Sequence record: PQ493298
DNA length: 64,000 bases
DNA from: Escherichia phage EPIMAM01
Reading direction: 5' to 3' (one strand)
Both the position numbers and the translations under genes were made by a program. The notes under the pieces are model-generated. The model had not been told where the DNA came from and did not search any database. It saw nothing but the letters and a program-made list of their open reading frames with translations. Of the stretch, positions 53,563 to 62,544 are shown piece after piece (the first letter of the stretch is position 1; the number at the start of each line of letters is the position of its first letter).

Positions 53563-54490
53563 ATGGCAGTAGTTGGTGTTCCTGGTTGGATTGGAAGTTC
53601 ATCCGTAAATGAAACAGGACAACGATGGATGAGTCAAGCGGCTGGTCAATTAAGATTGGGTGTTCCTTGCTGGATGAGTCAATTTGCAGGTCGCTCAAGA
53701 GAAATTATTCACACACTTGGAGCAGACCATAACTTCAATGGTCAATGGTTCCGAGATAGATGTTTTGAGGCAGGTAGTGCACCTATAGTGTTTAATATCA
53801 CCGGAAATTTGGTATCATATTCTAGAGATGTTCCTTTATTCTTCATGTATGGAGATACACCAAATGAATATGTTCAGTTGAATATTAGCGGTGGAGCTCA
53901 TATGTGGGGCAGAGGTGGACAAGGTGGATGGACTCATTCTGGTGGGGATGGTAATGGTCAACAGGGTGGGCATTGTATTCAAAATGACATTGGTGGTCGA
54001 TTAAGAATTAATAATGGTGGAGTAATTTGTGGCGGTGGCGGCGGTGGCGGCGGTATCGCTTCTCGTCCTCACTCTGGTGCAAACTGGAAAGATATTGGTG
54101 GCGGTGGAGGAAGACCATTTGGCCCAGGAGGTGGCGGTGGTTATTCAGGAGGCGCTGCTTCTTGGCGGCGGTGGCGGCGGTATCGCTTCTCGTCCTCACT
54201 CTGGTGCAAACTGGAAAGATATTGGTGGCGGTGGAGGAAGACCATTTGGCCCAGGAGGTGGCGGTGGTTATTCAGGAGGCGCTGCTTCTTACGATGGCCC
54301 AGGAGGTGGTTATAATTATGGTAATGCTCACTCCGGTCAGGGTGGTGATGCTGGTGCAAATGGACAAAATGCCTGGTATGATGGCGGTAAAGTACTAAAA
54401 GTCGGCGCTGGCGGCGCTGCTGGTTATGCCGTCATAGGATCAGCACCAACATGGCAAAATGTTGGAATAATATATGGTCCAAGAGTATAA
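53563..54490 (+). pseudogene. 38: gp38 receptor-binding adhesin (glycine-rich-motif type), reading frame broken by internal 127-bp tandem duplication
   Basis: ATG at 53563 ([13 protein letters not shown]...); frame 1 runs into W/R-rich nonsense after ...YSGGAAS and stops at 54315; the authentic C-terminus (…[25 protein letters not shown]…IYGPRV) continues in the +1 frame to 54490. Confidence 0.85.
54037..54290 (+). repeat. perfect 127-bp direct tandem duplication (2 copies) within gene 38
   Basis: 54037-54163 and 54164-54290 identical base for base; boundary ambiguous by 1 nt. Confidence 0.95.
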
Positions 54491-54521
54491 TTTTGAATAA
54501 ATATCCTTAAAAGGAGGGTCT

Positions 54522-55178
54522 ATGGCAGCACCTAGAATATCATTTTCGCCCTCTGATATTCTGTTTGGTGTTCTAGATCGCTTGTTCAAAGATAACGCTA
54601 CCGGGAAAGTTCTTGCTTCCCGGGTAGCTGTCGTAATTCTTTTGTTTATAATGGCGATTGTTTGGTATAGGGGAGATAGTTTCTTTGAGTACTATAAGCA
54701 ATCAAAGTATGAAACATACAGCGAAATTATTGAAAAGGAAAGAAATGCACGCTTTGAATCTGTCGCCCTGGAACAACTCCAGATAGTTCATATATCATCT
54801 GAGGCAGACTTTAGTGCGGTGTATTCTTTCCGCCCTAAAAACTTAAACTATTTTGTTGATATTATAGCATACGAAGGAAAACTACCTTCAACAATAAGTG
54901 AAAAATCACTTGGAGGATATCCTGTTGATAAAACTATGGATGAATATGCAGTTCATTTAAATGGACGTCATTATTATTCAAACTCAAAATTTGCTTTTTT
55001 ACCAACTAAAAAGCCTACTCCCGAAATAAATTACATGTACAGTTGTCCATATTTTAATTTGGATAATATCTATGCTGGAACAATAACCATGTACTGGTAT
55101 AGAAATGATCATATAAGTAATGACCGCCTTGAATCAATATGTGCTCAGGCGGCCAGAATATTAGGAAGGGCTAAATAA
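54522..55178 (+). CDS. t: holin t
   Basis: 218 aa, T4 holin length; single N-proximal TMD (VAVVILLFIMAIVWY) and large periplasmic domain. Confidence 0.92.
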   Translation: MAAPRISFSPSDILFGVLDRLFKDNATGKVLASRVAVVILLFIMAIVWYRGDSFFEYYKQSKYETYSEIIEKERNARFESVALEQLQIVHISSEADFSAVYSFRPKNLNYFVDIIAYEGKLPSTISEKSLGGYPVDKTMDEYAVHLNGRHYYSNSKFAFLPTKKPTPEINYMYSCPYFNLDNIYAGTITMYWYRNDHISNDRLESICAQAARILGRAK

Positions 55179-55451
55179 TTATTTGTTCGTATACATCTCT
55201 AGATATCGATATACACCCTCAAAACCCTCGTTGAATTCGTCGATGAGGGTTTTCTTATCTTCTTGAGTTAATTCAGAAACAATTTTACGGAATGAATTCT
55301 GATTTAACTTTCTACCTTCATGCGTTACTCCAATCTCATTCAGAAATGCAATAAAATTAGCGCGATTCTCAACAATATCTTCTCTGGAAAATTTAATCAA
55401 AATAGACGCAACAGTAATAATTTCACGAACTGTATCAATATTTTTATTCAT
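55179..55451 (-). CDS. asiA: AsiA anti-sigma70 factor
   Basis: 90 aa; N-terminus MNKNIDTVREIITVASILIKFSREDIVENRANFIAFLNEIG matches recalled T4 AsiA. Confidence 0.93.
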   Translation of the reverse strand: MNKNIDTVREIITVASILIKFSREDIVENRANFIAFLNEIGVTHEGRKLNQNSFRKIVSELTQEDKKTLIDEFNEGFEGVYRYLEMYTNK

Positions 55452-55463
55452 TAACTATACCAC

Positions 55464-55616
55464 TCAATTAGTTGACTTTGTTATAATATCATCAGACGCT
55501 TGATTTGTAAACTGGTCTGTGGTATTTTCTTCAAAAATTTTTTCTACGAATTCCTTGAACGACTTACGTTCCTGAGCTACATTATGCTCGATTACTTTTT
55601 CAAGATTATGACTCAT
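55464..55616 (-). CDS. hypothetical small acidic protein
   Basis: 50 aa ORF, ATGA-coupled to arn stop; overlaps putative asiA early promoter, so uncertain. Confidence 0.3.
   Translation of the reverse strand: MSHNLEKVIEHNVAQERKSFKEFVEKIFEENTTDQFTNQASDDIITKSTN
55483..55512 (-). promoter_or_regulatory. candidate early promoter for asiA
   Basis: minus-strand GTTTAC (55512-55507), 17-18 nt spacer, TATTAT. Confidence 0.4.
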
Positions 55617-55891
55617 TCGAAATAATCTTCAATTTCATAATCAAGGACATAAATCATTATAGTTTTTAATACATCATCAATACTTTTTCCTGGAGCTGGA
55701 ATTACGTAAAAATATCCCGCCTTTGAGTTATCTTTATAAGTTCCAATCAAGAAATCATTATTCCCAAGATGTAGTTCTTCAACTAATTCATTAACAATTG
55801 AGTGGTATAAATTTGGTAGAAACTTGTATAGCTTTTCTAGAATATCAATTTTGATTGTGTATTGAACCACAGATTGAGAATCAATAATCAT
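55613..55891 (-). CDS. arn: Arn anti-restriction protein (DNA mimic)
   Basis: 92 aa, T4 Arn length; acidic; position between asiA and motA. Confidence 0.85.
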   Translation of the reverse strand: MIIDSQSVVQYTIKIDILEKLYKFLPNLYHSIVNELVEELHLGNNDFLIGTYKDNSKAGYFYVIPAPGKSIDDVLKTIMIYVLDYEIEDYFE

Positions 55892-55968
55892 AGACCTTCC
55901 CCTTATGTTTCTGTTTGCGATTAGATTCTTTAAACGCTTTCTTCTTATCCTTATGGACAGAAGCTTTA

Positions 55969-56193
55969 TTAAAATTGTGTTTTGCGACTAAATTGTTCAT
56001 AGTGCTGAATTACCTCTCTCAAACACTTGCATGTGAATGAAAACTTTTTAGCTACACCACATTCAAATATATGTTCTCTTAAATCACGTGTGTCAGTATA
56101 TCCCATCTCAACAATAAAATGTCTTATTAGATTTTTATCTTTATCATTGAGAGAATTAAAATAATCGGATTTTGAATTAATTTCCCTGGCCAA
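55969..56193 (-). CDS. hypothetical protein
   Basis: 74 aa ORF. Confidence 0.45.
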   Translation of the reverse strand: MAREINSKSDYFNSLNDKDKNLIRHFIVEMGYTDTRDLREHIFECGVAKKFSFTCKCLREVIQHYEQFSRKTQF

Positions 56194-56473
56194 ATTGAAT
56201 AACCTTTAGTTGACGTTTTAGTTCTTTTATCATTTCTTCGTTCATCGCAATATAAAGATCGCGTAAAGTAGGTTTTAGCATTCCATTTACTGGAGAACTA
56301 AATGGACATACATAATCTTTTCCTACGAGCTTTTTGGTGAATTCCATATCACAGAACTGAAATGCCGGTTCATTGGCATAAATTCCCCAATTAGATGACA
56401 TCATTTTATTGGCATATTCCAACGCCTGGATTTGATTCTTAATTCCATCAATTTGAAACTTTTTAATATTCAT
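56177..56473 (-). CDS. hypothetical protein
   Basis: 98 aa ORF. Confidence 0.45.
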   Translation of the reverse strand: MNIKKFQIDGIKNQIQALEYANKMMSSNWGIYANEPAFQFCDMEFTKKLVGKDYVCPFSSPVNGMLKPTLRDLYIAMNEEMIKELKRQLKVIQFGQGN

Positions 56474-56934
56474 TAGTAAAGGTCCTCAGAGTAAAGTTCT
56501 TTTTCACTACCACCGCGTTCAATACGTACTTGTCCGGCGTAAGTTGCAATAATCATTGCTTCTTCACGTGTCCAGTAATTGCTATACTGATCAATAAACC
56601 CTTGGTCATCATCACAAACTTGCTGAGTAACTAATTGAGGTTTAACTACATCTAAAACTTCTGCCATATCTTTAGAATAATGACGAGCACCTGGAATAAC
56701 AAGAGTTCGTCCATCTTTTAATTTAAAACGGTTGGCGGCACAAACAATTCGTCGTTGATACTTTTGGTTTTCATCCCAGTATGCGGTCTGCCAACAGATT
56801 TCAGGAACTTCTTTCAGAATATCTTCTTCTGTGCATTTATAACCATGTGCTTTAAATTTTTCAACAAGACTTTCTGGAGTTTCACGAGATAAAGGAACAT
56901 TCAGCATTTTTAAACGATTAATAAATGGGTTCAT
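56473..56934 (-). CDS. hypothetical protein
   Basis: 153 aa ORF. Confidence 0.5.
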   Translation of the reverse strand: MNPFINRLKMLNVPLSRETPESLVEKFKAHGYKCTEEDILKEVPEICWQTAYWDENQKYQRRIVCAANRFKLKDGRTLVIPGARHYSKDMAEVLDVVKPQLVTQQVCDDDQGFIDQYSNYWTREEAMIIATYAGQVRIERGGSEKELYSEDLY

Positions 56935-57260
56935 TTAAACCATCCTTTAATACGCTGCCACAAAGTTTTCTGTTGAGCTTTGTTAACACCAATTGAGCGA
57001 ATAACTGGTTGAGATTCCTGGAATTCTTTATAATCAGCAAGGTAAATTTCGTAAGCTGCATCCGTAAATGAACTTATCGCCGCCATAAAATTATTGCGAA
57101 TACCTACTGGTGCATCTTTACTTTCACGAATAATCATGTATTTACCAGTCTTAATCTTTACGATAGTTCCAAGATAAGCTCCATGATACCAGATATCCCA
57201 CCCCTCTTGAGTGGGTTCTGCACAACGACGAAGTTCATTAACAATTTCTAACTTGTTCAT
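56931..57260 (-). CDS. hypothetical protein (motA.1-like)
   Basis: 109 aa ORF coupled to motA. Confidence 0.5.
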   Translation of the reverse strand: MNKLEIVNELRRCAEPTQEGWDIWYHGAYLGTIVKIKTGKYMIIRESKDAPVGIRNNFMAAISSFTDAAYEIYLADYKEFQESQPVIRSIGVNKAQQKTLWQRIKGWFK

Positions 57261-57270
57261 TATTTATTCC

Positions 57271-57906
57271 TCACAGTTCAGATGCTACGGTGATTACTGC
57301 TTCAATGTTTTCTGCCGAGCGTTTAATGTCAAGATACACATTGCCGTTTTTAGCGATTTTACATGACATTCCAATATTAGTAAATTTCTGAATATGGTGT
57401 TCCATCATTTTGTATCCAAAAATTCGCATATTTCCATTGTTATTAATTTCAAAATTACGAATTCCGTGAGTGCGTTTTTCTAAAATAGCAAGATAGTTAC
57501 TGCGGTAAGTTTCAACCTTTTTAAGAACAAATCCATTTTCATCTAAAAGTTTTAGCATAAGGTCTTTATCTTCTTCCATATCGGAAGTAATCTCACGAGC
57601 TTTACGAGTTGCTCGTTTTTTCAGTAGTTCAGGAGCATTTTCCTGTGCATATAAAGTTGCTGCATTTGAAATAATATCCTGAGCTTCTCCTGTAATGATT
57701 AATCCATCACCAGATTTCTCTACCAGACCTTTTTTAATCAATACCCCAATATTACTATTAACTACTGCATTACCTAAATCTGGATGCACCTCACGAACTT
57801 CTGCGGCTGTAATGAAATCTTTCTTAGCAATGGTAATTAAAATCGCAGCAGTTTTTTCATTCAGAACATCGTTAGAAGCTTTGATGATGTAAGTTACTTT
57901 AGACAT
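57271..57906 (-). CDS. motA: MotA middle-transcription activator
   Basis: 211 aa, T4 MotA length; N-terminus MSKVTYIIKASNDVLNEKTAAILITIAKKDFITAAEVREV. Confidence 0.93.
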   Translation of the reverse strand: MSKVTYIIKASNDVLNEKTAAILITIAKKDFITAAEVREVHPDLGNAVVNSNIGVLIKKGLVEKSGDGLIITGEAQDIISNAATLYAQENAPELLKKRATRKAREITSDMEEDKDLMLKLLDENGFVLKKVETYRSNYLAILEKRTHGIRNFEINNNGNMRIFGYKMMEHHIQKFTNIGMSCKIAKNGNVYLDIKRSAENIEAVITVASEL

Positions 57907-57939
57907 TTTAATCTCCGTTTCAGTTCATTTATTTGATAG

Positions 57940-57972
57940 GTCTATAGTATCATGTTTAAAGCAGAAGTAAAC
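57940..57972 (-). promoter_or_regulatory. T4 early-type promoter for motA
   Basis: minus-strand GTTTAC (57972-57967) with TACTATAG -10-like region and GGAG SD before motA ATG. Confidence 0.55.
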
Positions 57973-58010
57973 ACTTTTTGCACTCTTTTTCAAGAGCTCT
58001 AATAAAGTAC

Positions 58011-58238
58011 TTACTTAATGTTCAGATTACGAACTTCGATTTCGTCTTCATGGGCAAAATCAAACTGTTTGAATTCTGTGTCACCTTTAAATTTAAAAAT
58101 CATTGTGAAGAAAGTCAGAACACCAGGTTTTTCTTCACGAACTCCACAGATGTCATATTCAATACCATCTACAACCAGTTTGTTAGCAGTCAGAGCATTT
58201 TTAGCTTTAACGATTTCGTTTTCGATTTTAAATTTCAT
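58011..58238 (-). CDS. hypothetical protein
   Basis: 75 aa ORF downstream of early promoter at 58280-58316. Confidence 0.45.
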   Translation of the reverse strand: MKFKIENEIVKAKNALTANKLVVDGIEYDICGVREEKPGVLTFFTMIFKFKGDTEFKQFDFAHEDEIEVRNLNIK

Positions 58239-58279
58239 TTTTGTATCTCCGGGTTGTTTGTTTCAGTTCATTTATTTGA

Positions 58280-58316
58280 TAGTTGTATAGTACCACAGTA
58301 TGCTTTGGTTGTAAAC
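58280..58316 (-). promoter_or_regulatory. T4 early-type promoter with UP element
   Basis: minus-strand GTTTAC (58316-58311), TACTATAC -10; 40 nt upstream block identical to 41479-41518. Confidence 0.55.
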
Positions 58317-58347
58317 CGTTTTGTGAAAAAATTTTTGAAATAAAAAA

Positions 58348-58367
58348 GGGAGAGCCTCGGCTCTCCC
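58348..58367 (-). terminator. rho-independent terminator of gene 52
   Basis: GGGAGAGC-CTCG-GCTCTCCC followed on minus strand by TTTTTTAT. Confidence 0.7.
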
Positions 58368-58518
58368 TAAAATTACTGCATGACTGTGATAACTGTCATG
58401 ATAACACGTTGAATTCCGAACGCAAGAAGACCTCCTGCTACGGCAGGAACAACACCTAAACCCGCCAGTAAAATGCCACCAGATACTAATGCAGCGCTTG
58501 TAATACCTATGAATGGAC

Positions 58519-59847
58519 TCATTTGATTTCCTCTAAATCTTTGGTGTATTCTGTAACTACATCAGTAGTTTTCCAATATTCGTTTTCTTCTTTTTTAGCT
58601 TTAGCTTCTTCAGCAAGTTTCTTTGCTTCGTCGGAAGTCATATGAAAAATATTCATTCCAACTAGTTTATCAACATAAGAAGAATACATATCAATTTTAG
58701 AAAGTTCTTCGGTCAGTTCTTTGCGAGTTTTACCTTGTACAACAATTTCACCTGAAATTACTTTCTTAATGAAATGCGCCTTGGCAAAGGCTAAACGAAA
58801 TGCTGATTCAGTTTCTTTGATTTTGTTATCAATTCGTTTTTGGACATAAGTTTTACGAACTTCAACGAAGTCTTTGATTAAATCAACTACGTTATCGTAA
58901 ACTTGTAGTTTTCCTTTCTCATTAATAACGGTAATATTCTGGGAACGACGCTCAATCAACCCGAAGTCTTTCATAATTTTTGCATGGCGTTCTTCTTCGT
59001 TATCGCTCAAGGAATATTCTTTACGGAATTTAACTTTGAAGCCAAAACCATGCTCACCACAAGCATCATCCCATGTAATGAAGCCTTTATCTTCAAGCGG
59101 GTCTAAGATTTTACTCACATAAGTTTCACGATCATACTTATACGGAATCTCAGTGATATGCATTTGAGTTCGTGAAGTAAACTTGTACGTTCCACGAATT
59201 TCATATTGACCGTCAATTTCAACGACTTCACCGCGAAATTCTGGAAATTCTACCTTCGGTTTAGTTACTTTCTTTCCTTGAAGAGCTTGCAATACAGCTT
59301 TCTTGACAGAAGAAACACTATGAGGAAGAATATAAGTTGCATAACCAGTTGCAATACCGGAAACACCATTAAGAAGAACAGTAGGAATAATAGGCAAATA
59401 GAAAGCAGGCGGAATGTGTTCTTTATCTTGATGTACCGGAGCATATTCAGTATCTTTATATACGCTATAGAAATTTTTACTTACACGAGCAAAAATATAA
59501 CGACTTGCCGCTGCTTTTTGAACGGTACGAGAACCAAAGTTTCCTTGACCATCTAACAGAGGAAAGTTATTATTCCAAGTATTAGCCATCAAAGCACCTG
59601 CGTCTTGTGCAGAGTTTTCACCATGATGATATCCAAGGTCTGCTACACCACCTGCAATAGAAGCGAGTTTGTGAAACTTATCTTTATTTCCTCGTGCCAA
59701 ATCAAGAGCTCGAGCAATAACAAATCGTTGAACTGGCTTAAATCCATCAATCATATTTGGGATAGCACGATTTTCAACCGTGTACATAGCATAAGCCAAT
59801 GCTTCGTTATCAATGATACTTTTTAAATCGCGATTATTCAGTTGCAT
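58519..59847 (-). CDS. 52: DNA topoisomerase II medium subunit gp52
   Basis: 442 aa, T4 gp52 length; GyrA-like N-terminus with active-site region. Confidence 0.93.
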   Translation of the reverse strand: MQLNNRDLKSIIDNEALAYAMYTVENRAIPNMIDGFKPVQRFVIARALDLARGNKDKFHKLASIAGGVADLGYHHGENSAQDAGALMANTWNNNFPLLDGQGNFGSRTVQKAAASRYIFARVSKNFYSVYKDTEYAPVHQDKEHIPPAFYLPIIPTVLLNGVSGIATGYATYILPHSVSSVKKAVLQALQGKKVTKPKVEFPEFRGEVVEIDGQYEIRGTYKFTSRTQMHITEIPYKYDRETYVSKILDPLEDKGFITWDDACGEHGFGFKVKFRKEYSLSDNEEERHAKIMKDFGLIERRSQNITVINEKGKLQVYDNVVDLIKDFVEVRKTYVQKRIDNKIKETESAFRLAFAKAHFIKKVISGEIVVQGKTRKELTEELSKIDMYSSYVDKLVGMNIFHMTSDEAKKLAEEAKAKKEENEYWKTTDVVTEYTKDLEEIK

Positions 59848-59851
59848 AAAT

Positions 59852-59992
59852 TTACCATACTAGTGAATGTAGTGCCATAATAACATCAGAAATGAAAAGC
59901 ACGACTTGAATTAATCCGAACATTACTCCATAATATAGTGCTACCAATAAAGTAGCAAGGGCTAATGAATAGCCCAAGATTTTCTTAATCAT
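59852..59992 (-). CDS. small hydrophobic membrane protein (52.1-like)
   Basis: 46 aa hand-translated: [46 protein letters not shown]; below ORF-track cutoff. Confidence 0.4.
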   Translation of the reverse strand: MIKKILGYSLALATLLVALYYGVMFGLIQVVLFISDVIMALHSLVW

Positions 59993-60143
59993 TAGTAGAT
60001 AACAACACAAATGTTAAATATGCACACATACCCTGAGATAAAGCTTGTGAAAACACGCTGTTAGCATCGGTGCAGATAGTTAAAACACATGCTACTATCC
60101 AACAAATCATTGAAATAATTCCAATAATTTTCGTAATATTCAT
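59985..60143 (-). CDS. ac: Ac-like small membrane protein (acridine sensitivity)
   Basis: 52 aa hand-translated: [52 protein letters not shown]; SD GGAG upstream; size and position fit T4 ac. Confidence 0.5.
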   Translation of the reverse strand: MNITKIIGIISMICWIVACVLTICTDANSVFSQALSQGMCAYLTFVLLSTND

Positions 60144-60240
60144 AATATTCTCCTCGATTGTTTTTAAAACCTAAAACACCGAAATTTTTAAGATTGTTAC
60201 GATAGAACTGCATCACATGTTCGTTATGGAAATTACTCAT
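60061..60240 (-). CDS. stp: Stp (activator of host PrrC anticodon nuclease), C-terminally extended variant
   Basis: first 18 aa [18 protein letters not shown] identical to recalled 26-aa T4 Stp; here the frame stays open for 59 codons and overlaps ac; TAATG-coupled to ndd. Confidence 0.55.
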   Translation of the reverse strand: MSNFHNEHVMQFYRNNLKNFGVLGFKNNRGEYYEYYENYWNYFNDLLDSSMCFNYLHRC

Positions 60241-60695
60241 TAGTATACCTGCAAAACAAATTTAAAGTTATCAGCCAACATACGGTTCATTTCTTCAAGT
60301 GTTTGATACTCAGAATGATGATTACGAGTAAACGCTAAAGCTAACTGACCTTTTCCAAATCCAGTCGTTAGAGGTTTCATCTTAGAAGCAGGCAAATAAA
60401 ATACTGTGTATGGAACACTATTATTTGCAATAGTACGCGCAAGCTGAGACCGACGTTGACGAATATGACTTAGAACTGCACTGAACCCTTGCTTAGAACG
60501 CTGATTACCTACATAAAATCGCGCAGATACACATGGACTATCAAATGGACCACCAAATTTGCTCACTAAAAAGTAAAATCCAGGTTTAGACAAAATGTCT
60601 TTATGTGGAGTTCCAAAAACCCATTCACCGCCCTTGATTGTACCAATAACAGTTGCGCCTGCATTATTCAGATCAGTAACAGTCATGTATTTCAT
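60240..60695 (-). CDS. ndd: Ndd nucleoid disruption protein
   Basis: 151 aa from ATG 60695 ([25 protein letters not shown]...), matching recalled T4 Ndd; ORF-track 5' extension rejected. Confidence 0.92.
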   Translation of the reverse strand: MKYMTVTDLNNAGATVIGTIKGGEWVFGTPHKDILSKPGFYFLVSKFGGPFDSPCVSARFYVGNQRSKQGFSAVLSHIRQRRSQLARTIANNSVPYTVFYLPASKMKPLTTGFGKGQLALAFTRNHHSEYQTLEEMNRMLADNFKFVLQVY

Positions 60696-60755
60696 ATTAA
60701 TTTCCTCTAAATTATTTTCTACTCCAAGGCCGCATGAATACACACGGCCGATAAA

Positions 60756-60971
60756 TTAATCGTCGCAGTCGACGCTCAATTCCCAAAACTCTTCTACGGT
60801 ATATGTTTCAGTATCATTTTCAATACAGAAACGTTTATTACTGTTGTTTTCTAAAGTAGCGTTAACTGTCATTTTCTCGCTAGTGCTCTTAAGAGGTGAA
60901 ATACGAATTAACTGATCACCATTATCTAAACAAAAAATTTCACCAACTTTTACATCTTTAAAAATTTTCAT
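60756..60971 (-). CDS. hypothetical protein (ndd.1-like)
   Basis: 71 aa ORF. Confidence 0.45.
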   Translation of the reverse strand: MKIFKDVKVGEIFCLDNGDQLIRISPLKSTSEKMTVNATLENNSNKRFCIENDTETYTVEEFWELSVDCDD

Positions 60972-61086
60972 AATTCACCTCAAGGAGTATAAAATCCGAA
61001 TGCAGTTGTTGACCATCCCATCCAATACGGAAAATTTGCACCAATGTAAAACATGAGAATATAAAACCAACCGCTCAGCAAATTCA

Positions 61087-61284
61087 TCATTTTACACCAT
61101 TCCAAATTGTTTCAACTACAGATTTTAAGCCATTTTGGTGAATATCCATTCCGACAACTGCCATCAAATAAATTCCAACTACAACTGAACCTAAGGCGAA
61201 AATCAGCATGAAAATGAATAAAGCCGGAAAAATATTATCAAAAAACCATTCAACAAATGTAAAAGCACTGCGTTTACGCTTCAT
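61087..61284 (-). CDS. small membrane protein
   Basis: about 65 aa from ATG 61284 with GAGG SD; hydrophobic core FPALFIFMLIFALGSVVVGIYLMAVVG. Confidence 0.4.
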   Translation of the reverse strand: MKRKRSAFTFVEWFFDNIFPALFIFMLIFALGSVVVGIYLMAVVGMDIHQNGLKSVVETIWNGVK

Positions 61285-61291
61285 ATTTTCC

Positions 61292-61405
61292 TCACATAAA
61301 TCCAAAGTAAGCGTTTAATACATCAATCATTAAAACGATTGGGAATATACTCAAAACTACTAGTATTATAACTACATTCCATATAGCTTTAACAATCTTT
61401 TTCAT
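61292..61405 (-). CDS. small membrane protein
   Basis: 37 aa from ATG 61405 with GGAGG SD; ORF-track 82-aa version starts at TTG and would run through the promoter. Confidence 0.35.
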   Translation of the reverse strand: MKKIVKAIWNVVIILVVLSIFPIVLMIDVLNAYFGFM

Positions 61406-61429
61406 TTTCTGTTCCTCCGTAGTTGATAG

Positions 61430-61463
61430 GGTAATAGTACCACAGAGGAACAGTCTTGTAAAC
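61430..61463 (-). promoter_or_regulatory. T4 early-type promoter
   Basis: minus-strand GTTTAC (61463-61458), TACTATTAC -10-like; same sequence family as 40725-40759. Confidence 0.5.
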
Positions 61464-61648
61464 AACTTTTTTAAAAATATTCGTAATAAATGTGAATACC
61501 AATTACTACCGCTGAAACTTGTGCAACCCACCACACACAAGCAATAAGCACAGAATTCAAAATTTTCATAATAACCTCATTACAAAAGTAAATGTTAAAC
61601 AAATTAATGGAATACTAATTAACCAAACAAAACACCACCACAATGAAC

Positions 61649-61912
61649 TCATAGTTCAATCTCAGCGATTTTCATTTCATTACTATTAATAGCCACTTTA
61701 AGACTATCTGAAAGAATTACACACCAGTGGTCATTCATATGACCATTAACTAAACGTGTAATTTCTTCGGGAGTTGAAAAATAAGGCGTATCAGACTCCC
61801 AATGCGATAATCCCAAGCGAGTATAAATCATACCTTCATCATCGCTAGAATATTCAACTGACACAAACTCATCAGTTATTTTATGTTTAGCGTAATAAAA
61901 TTTAAATTTCAT
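61649..61912 (-). CDS. hypothetical protein
   Basis: 87 aa from ATG 61912 (MKFKFYYAKHK...) with GGAGG SD; ORF-track extension to 62005 overlaps denB and the promoter. Confidence 0.45.
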   Translation of the reverse strand: MKFKFYYAKHKITDEFVSVEYSSDDEGMIYTRLGLSHWESDTPYFSTPEEITRLVNGHMNDHWCVILSDSLKVAINSNEMKIAEIEL

Positions 61913-61934
61913 TTTTACTCCTCCGTAGCTGATA

Positions 61935-61969
61935 GTTGTATAATACCACAGTCCTTGCGGTATGTAAAC
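61935..61969 (-). promoter_or_regulatory. T4 early-type promoter with UP element
   Basis: minus-strand GTTTAC (61969-61964), TATTATAC -10; A/T-rich upstream block. Confidence 0.5.
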
Positions 61970-61986
61970 CATTTTGTGAAAATTTT

Positions 61987-62544
61987 TTAAATGGAAAGAT
62001 ACCATCCGTTGTAGTTGCTTTTTCTTACAACCTTACGAAGGTCTTCTCTATCACCGATGAACTTCGGAGTGTACTGGATGACACCTGGATGAATTTCTTT
62101 AGTGTTGAATATAATTATACAGTCAGCGACCTGATGATTCAGAATGGGCCCTAGATTTATTCCAGAACCGTATGGATACTCTCCGCTGCATCCTGTTGTT
62201 ACAGAAATCCAACGTGAGTCAGTTTGATGTGTCTTAACTTCTACACGAAGCCCGCAGTATCTTGGATGCGCCAATACATCCCATGCGTATGTATACGGGT
62301 CATTAACATCCTCTTGGCCTTTGTTAACATACCCGCTTAGCCAATCTGCTACAAAAAACTCTGCGTACACCGCGATACGGCATCTTTCGATGACTTCTGC
62401 TTTATCCTGATTAGGATTTTGTTTTAAAGAGTATCTTGCTGTATCAGCAATTTTGACCTTCATTTCACTAGTCAAGTCACTGTTCGATAGGGTAAATGTC
62501 GGAATCTGAAATAGTCTCTGTAAACCCGGATTCGTTTTCTGCAT
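61987..62544 (-). CDS. denB: endonuclease IV (cytosine-DNA specific)
   Basis: 185 aa, T4 DenB length; position between ndd cluster and rIIB. Confidence 0.85.
   Translation of the reverse strand: MQKTNPGLQRLFQIPTFTLSNSDLTSEMKVKIADTARYSLKQNPNQDKAEVIERCRIAVYAEFFVADWLSGYVNKGQEDVNDPYTYAWDVLAHPRYCGLRVEVKTHQTDSRWISVTTGCSGEYPYGSGINLGPILNHQVADCIIIFNTKEIHPGVIQYTPKFIGDREDLRKVVRKSNYNGWYLSI

Noticed and set aside
54037-54290. Direct repeats that might suggest a CRISPR-like or satellite array
   Set aside because: Only two perfectly adjacent copies with no spacers, lying inside a coding sequence; best explained as a tandem duplication.
54008-54398. Several overlapping ORFs rich in W/R/H (WRRWRRYRF..., HQHHHPDRSEHYH...) on both strands within gene 38
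   Set aside because: They are out-of-frame or antisense translations of the GGN-repeat glycine-rich region and the 127-bp duplication, not independent genes.
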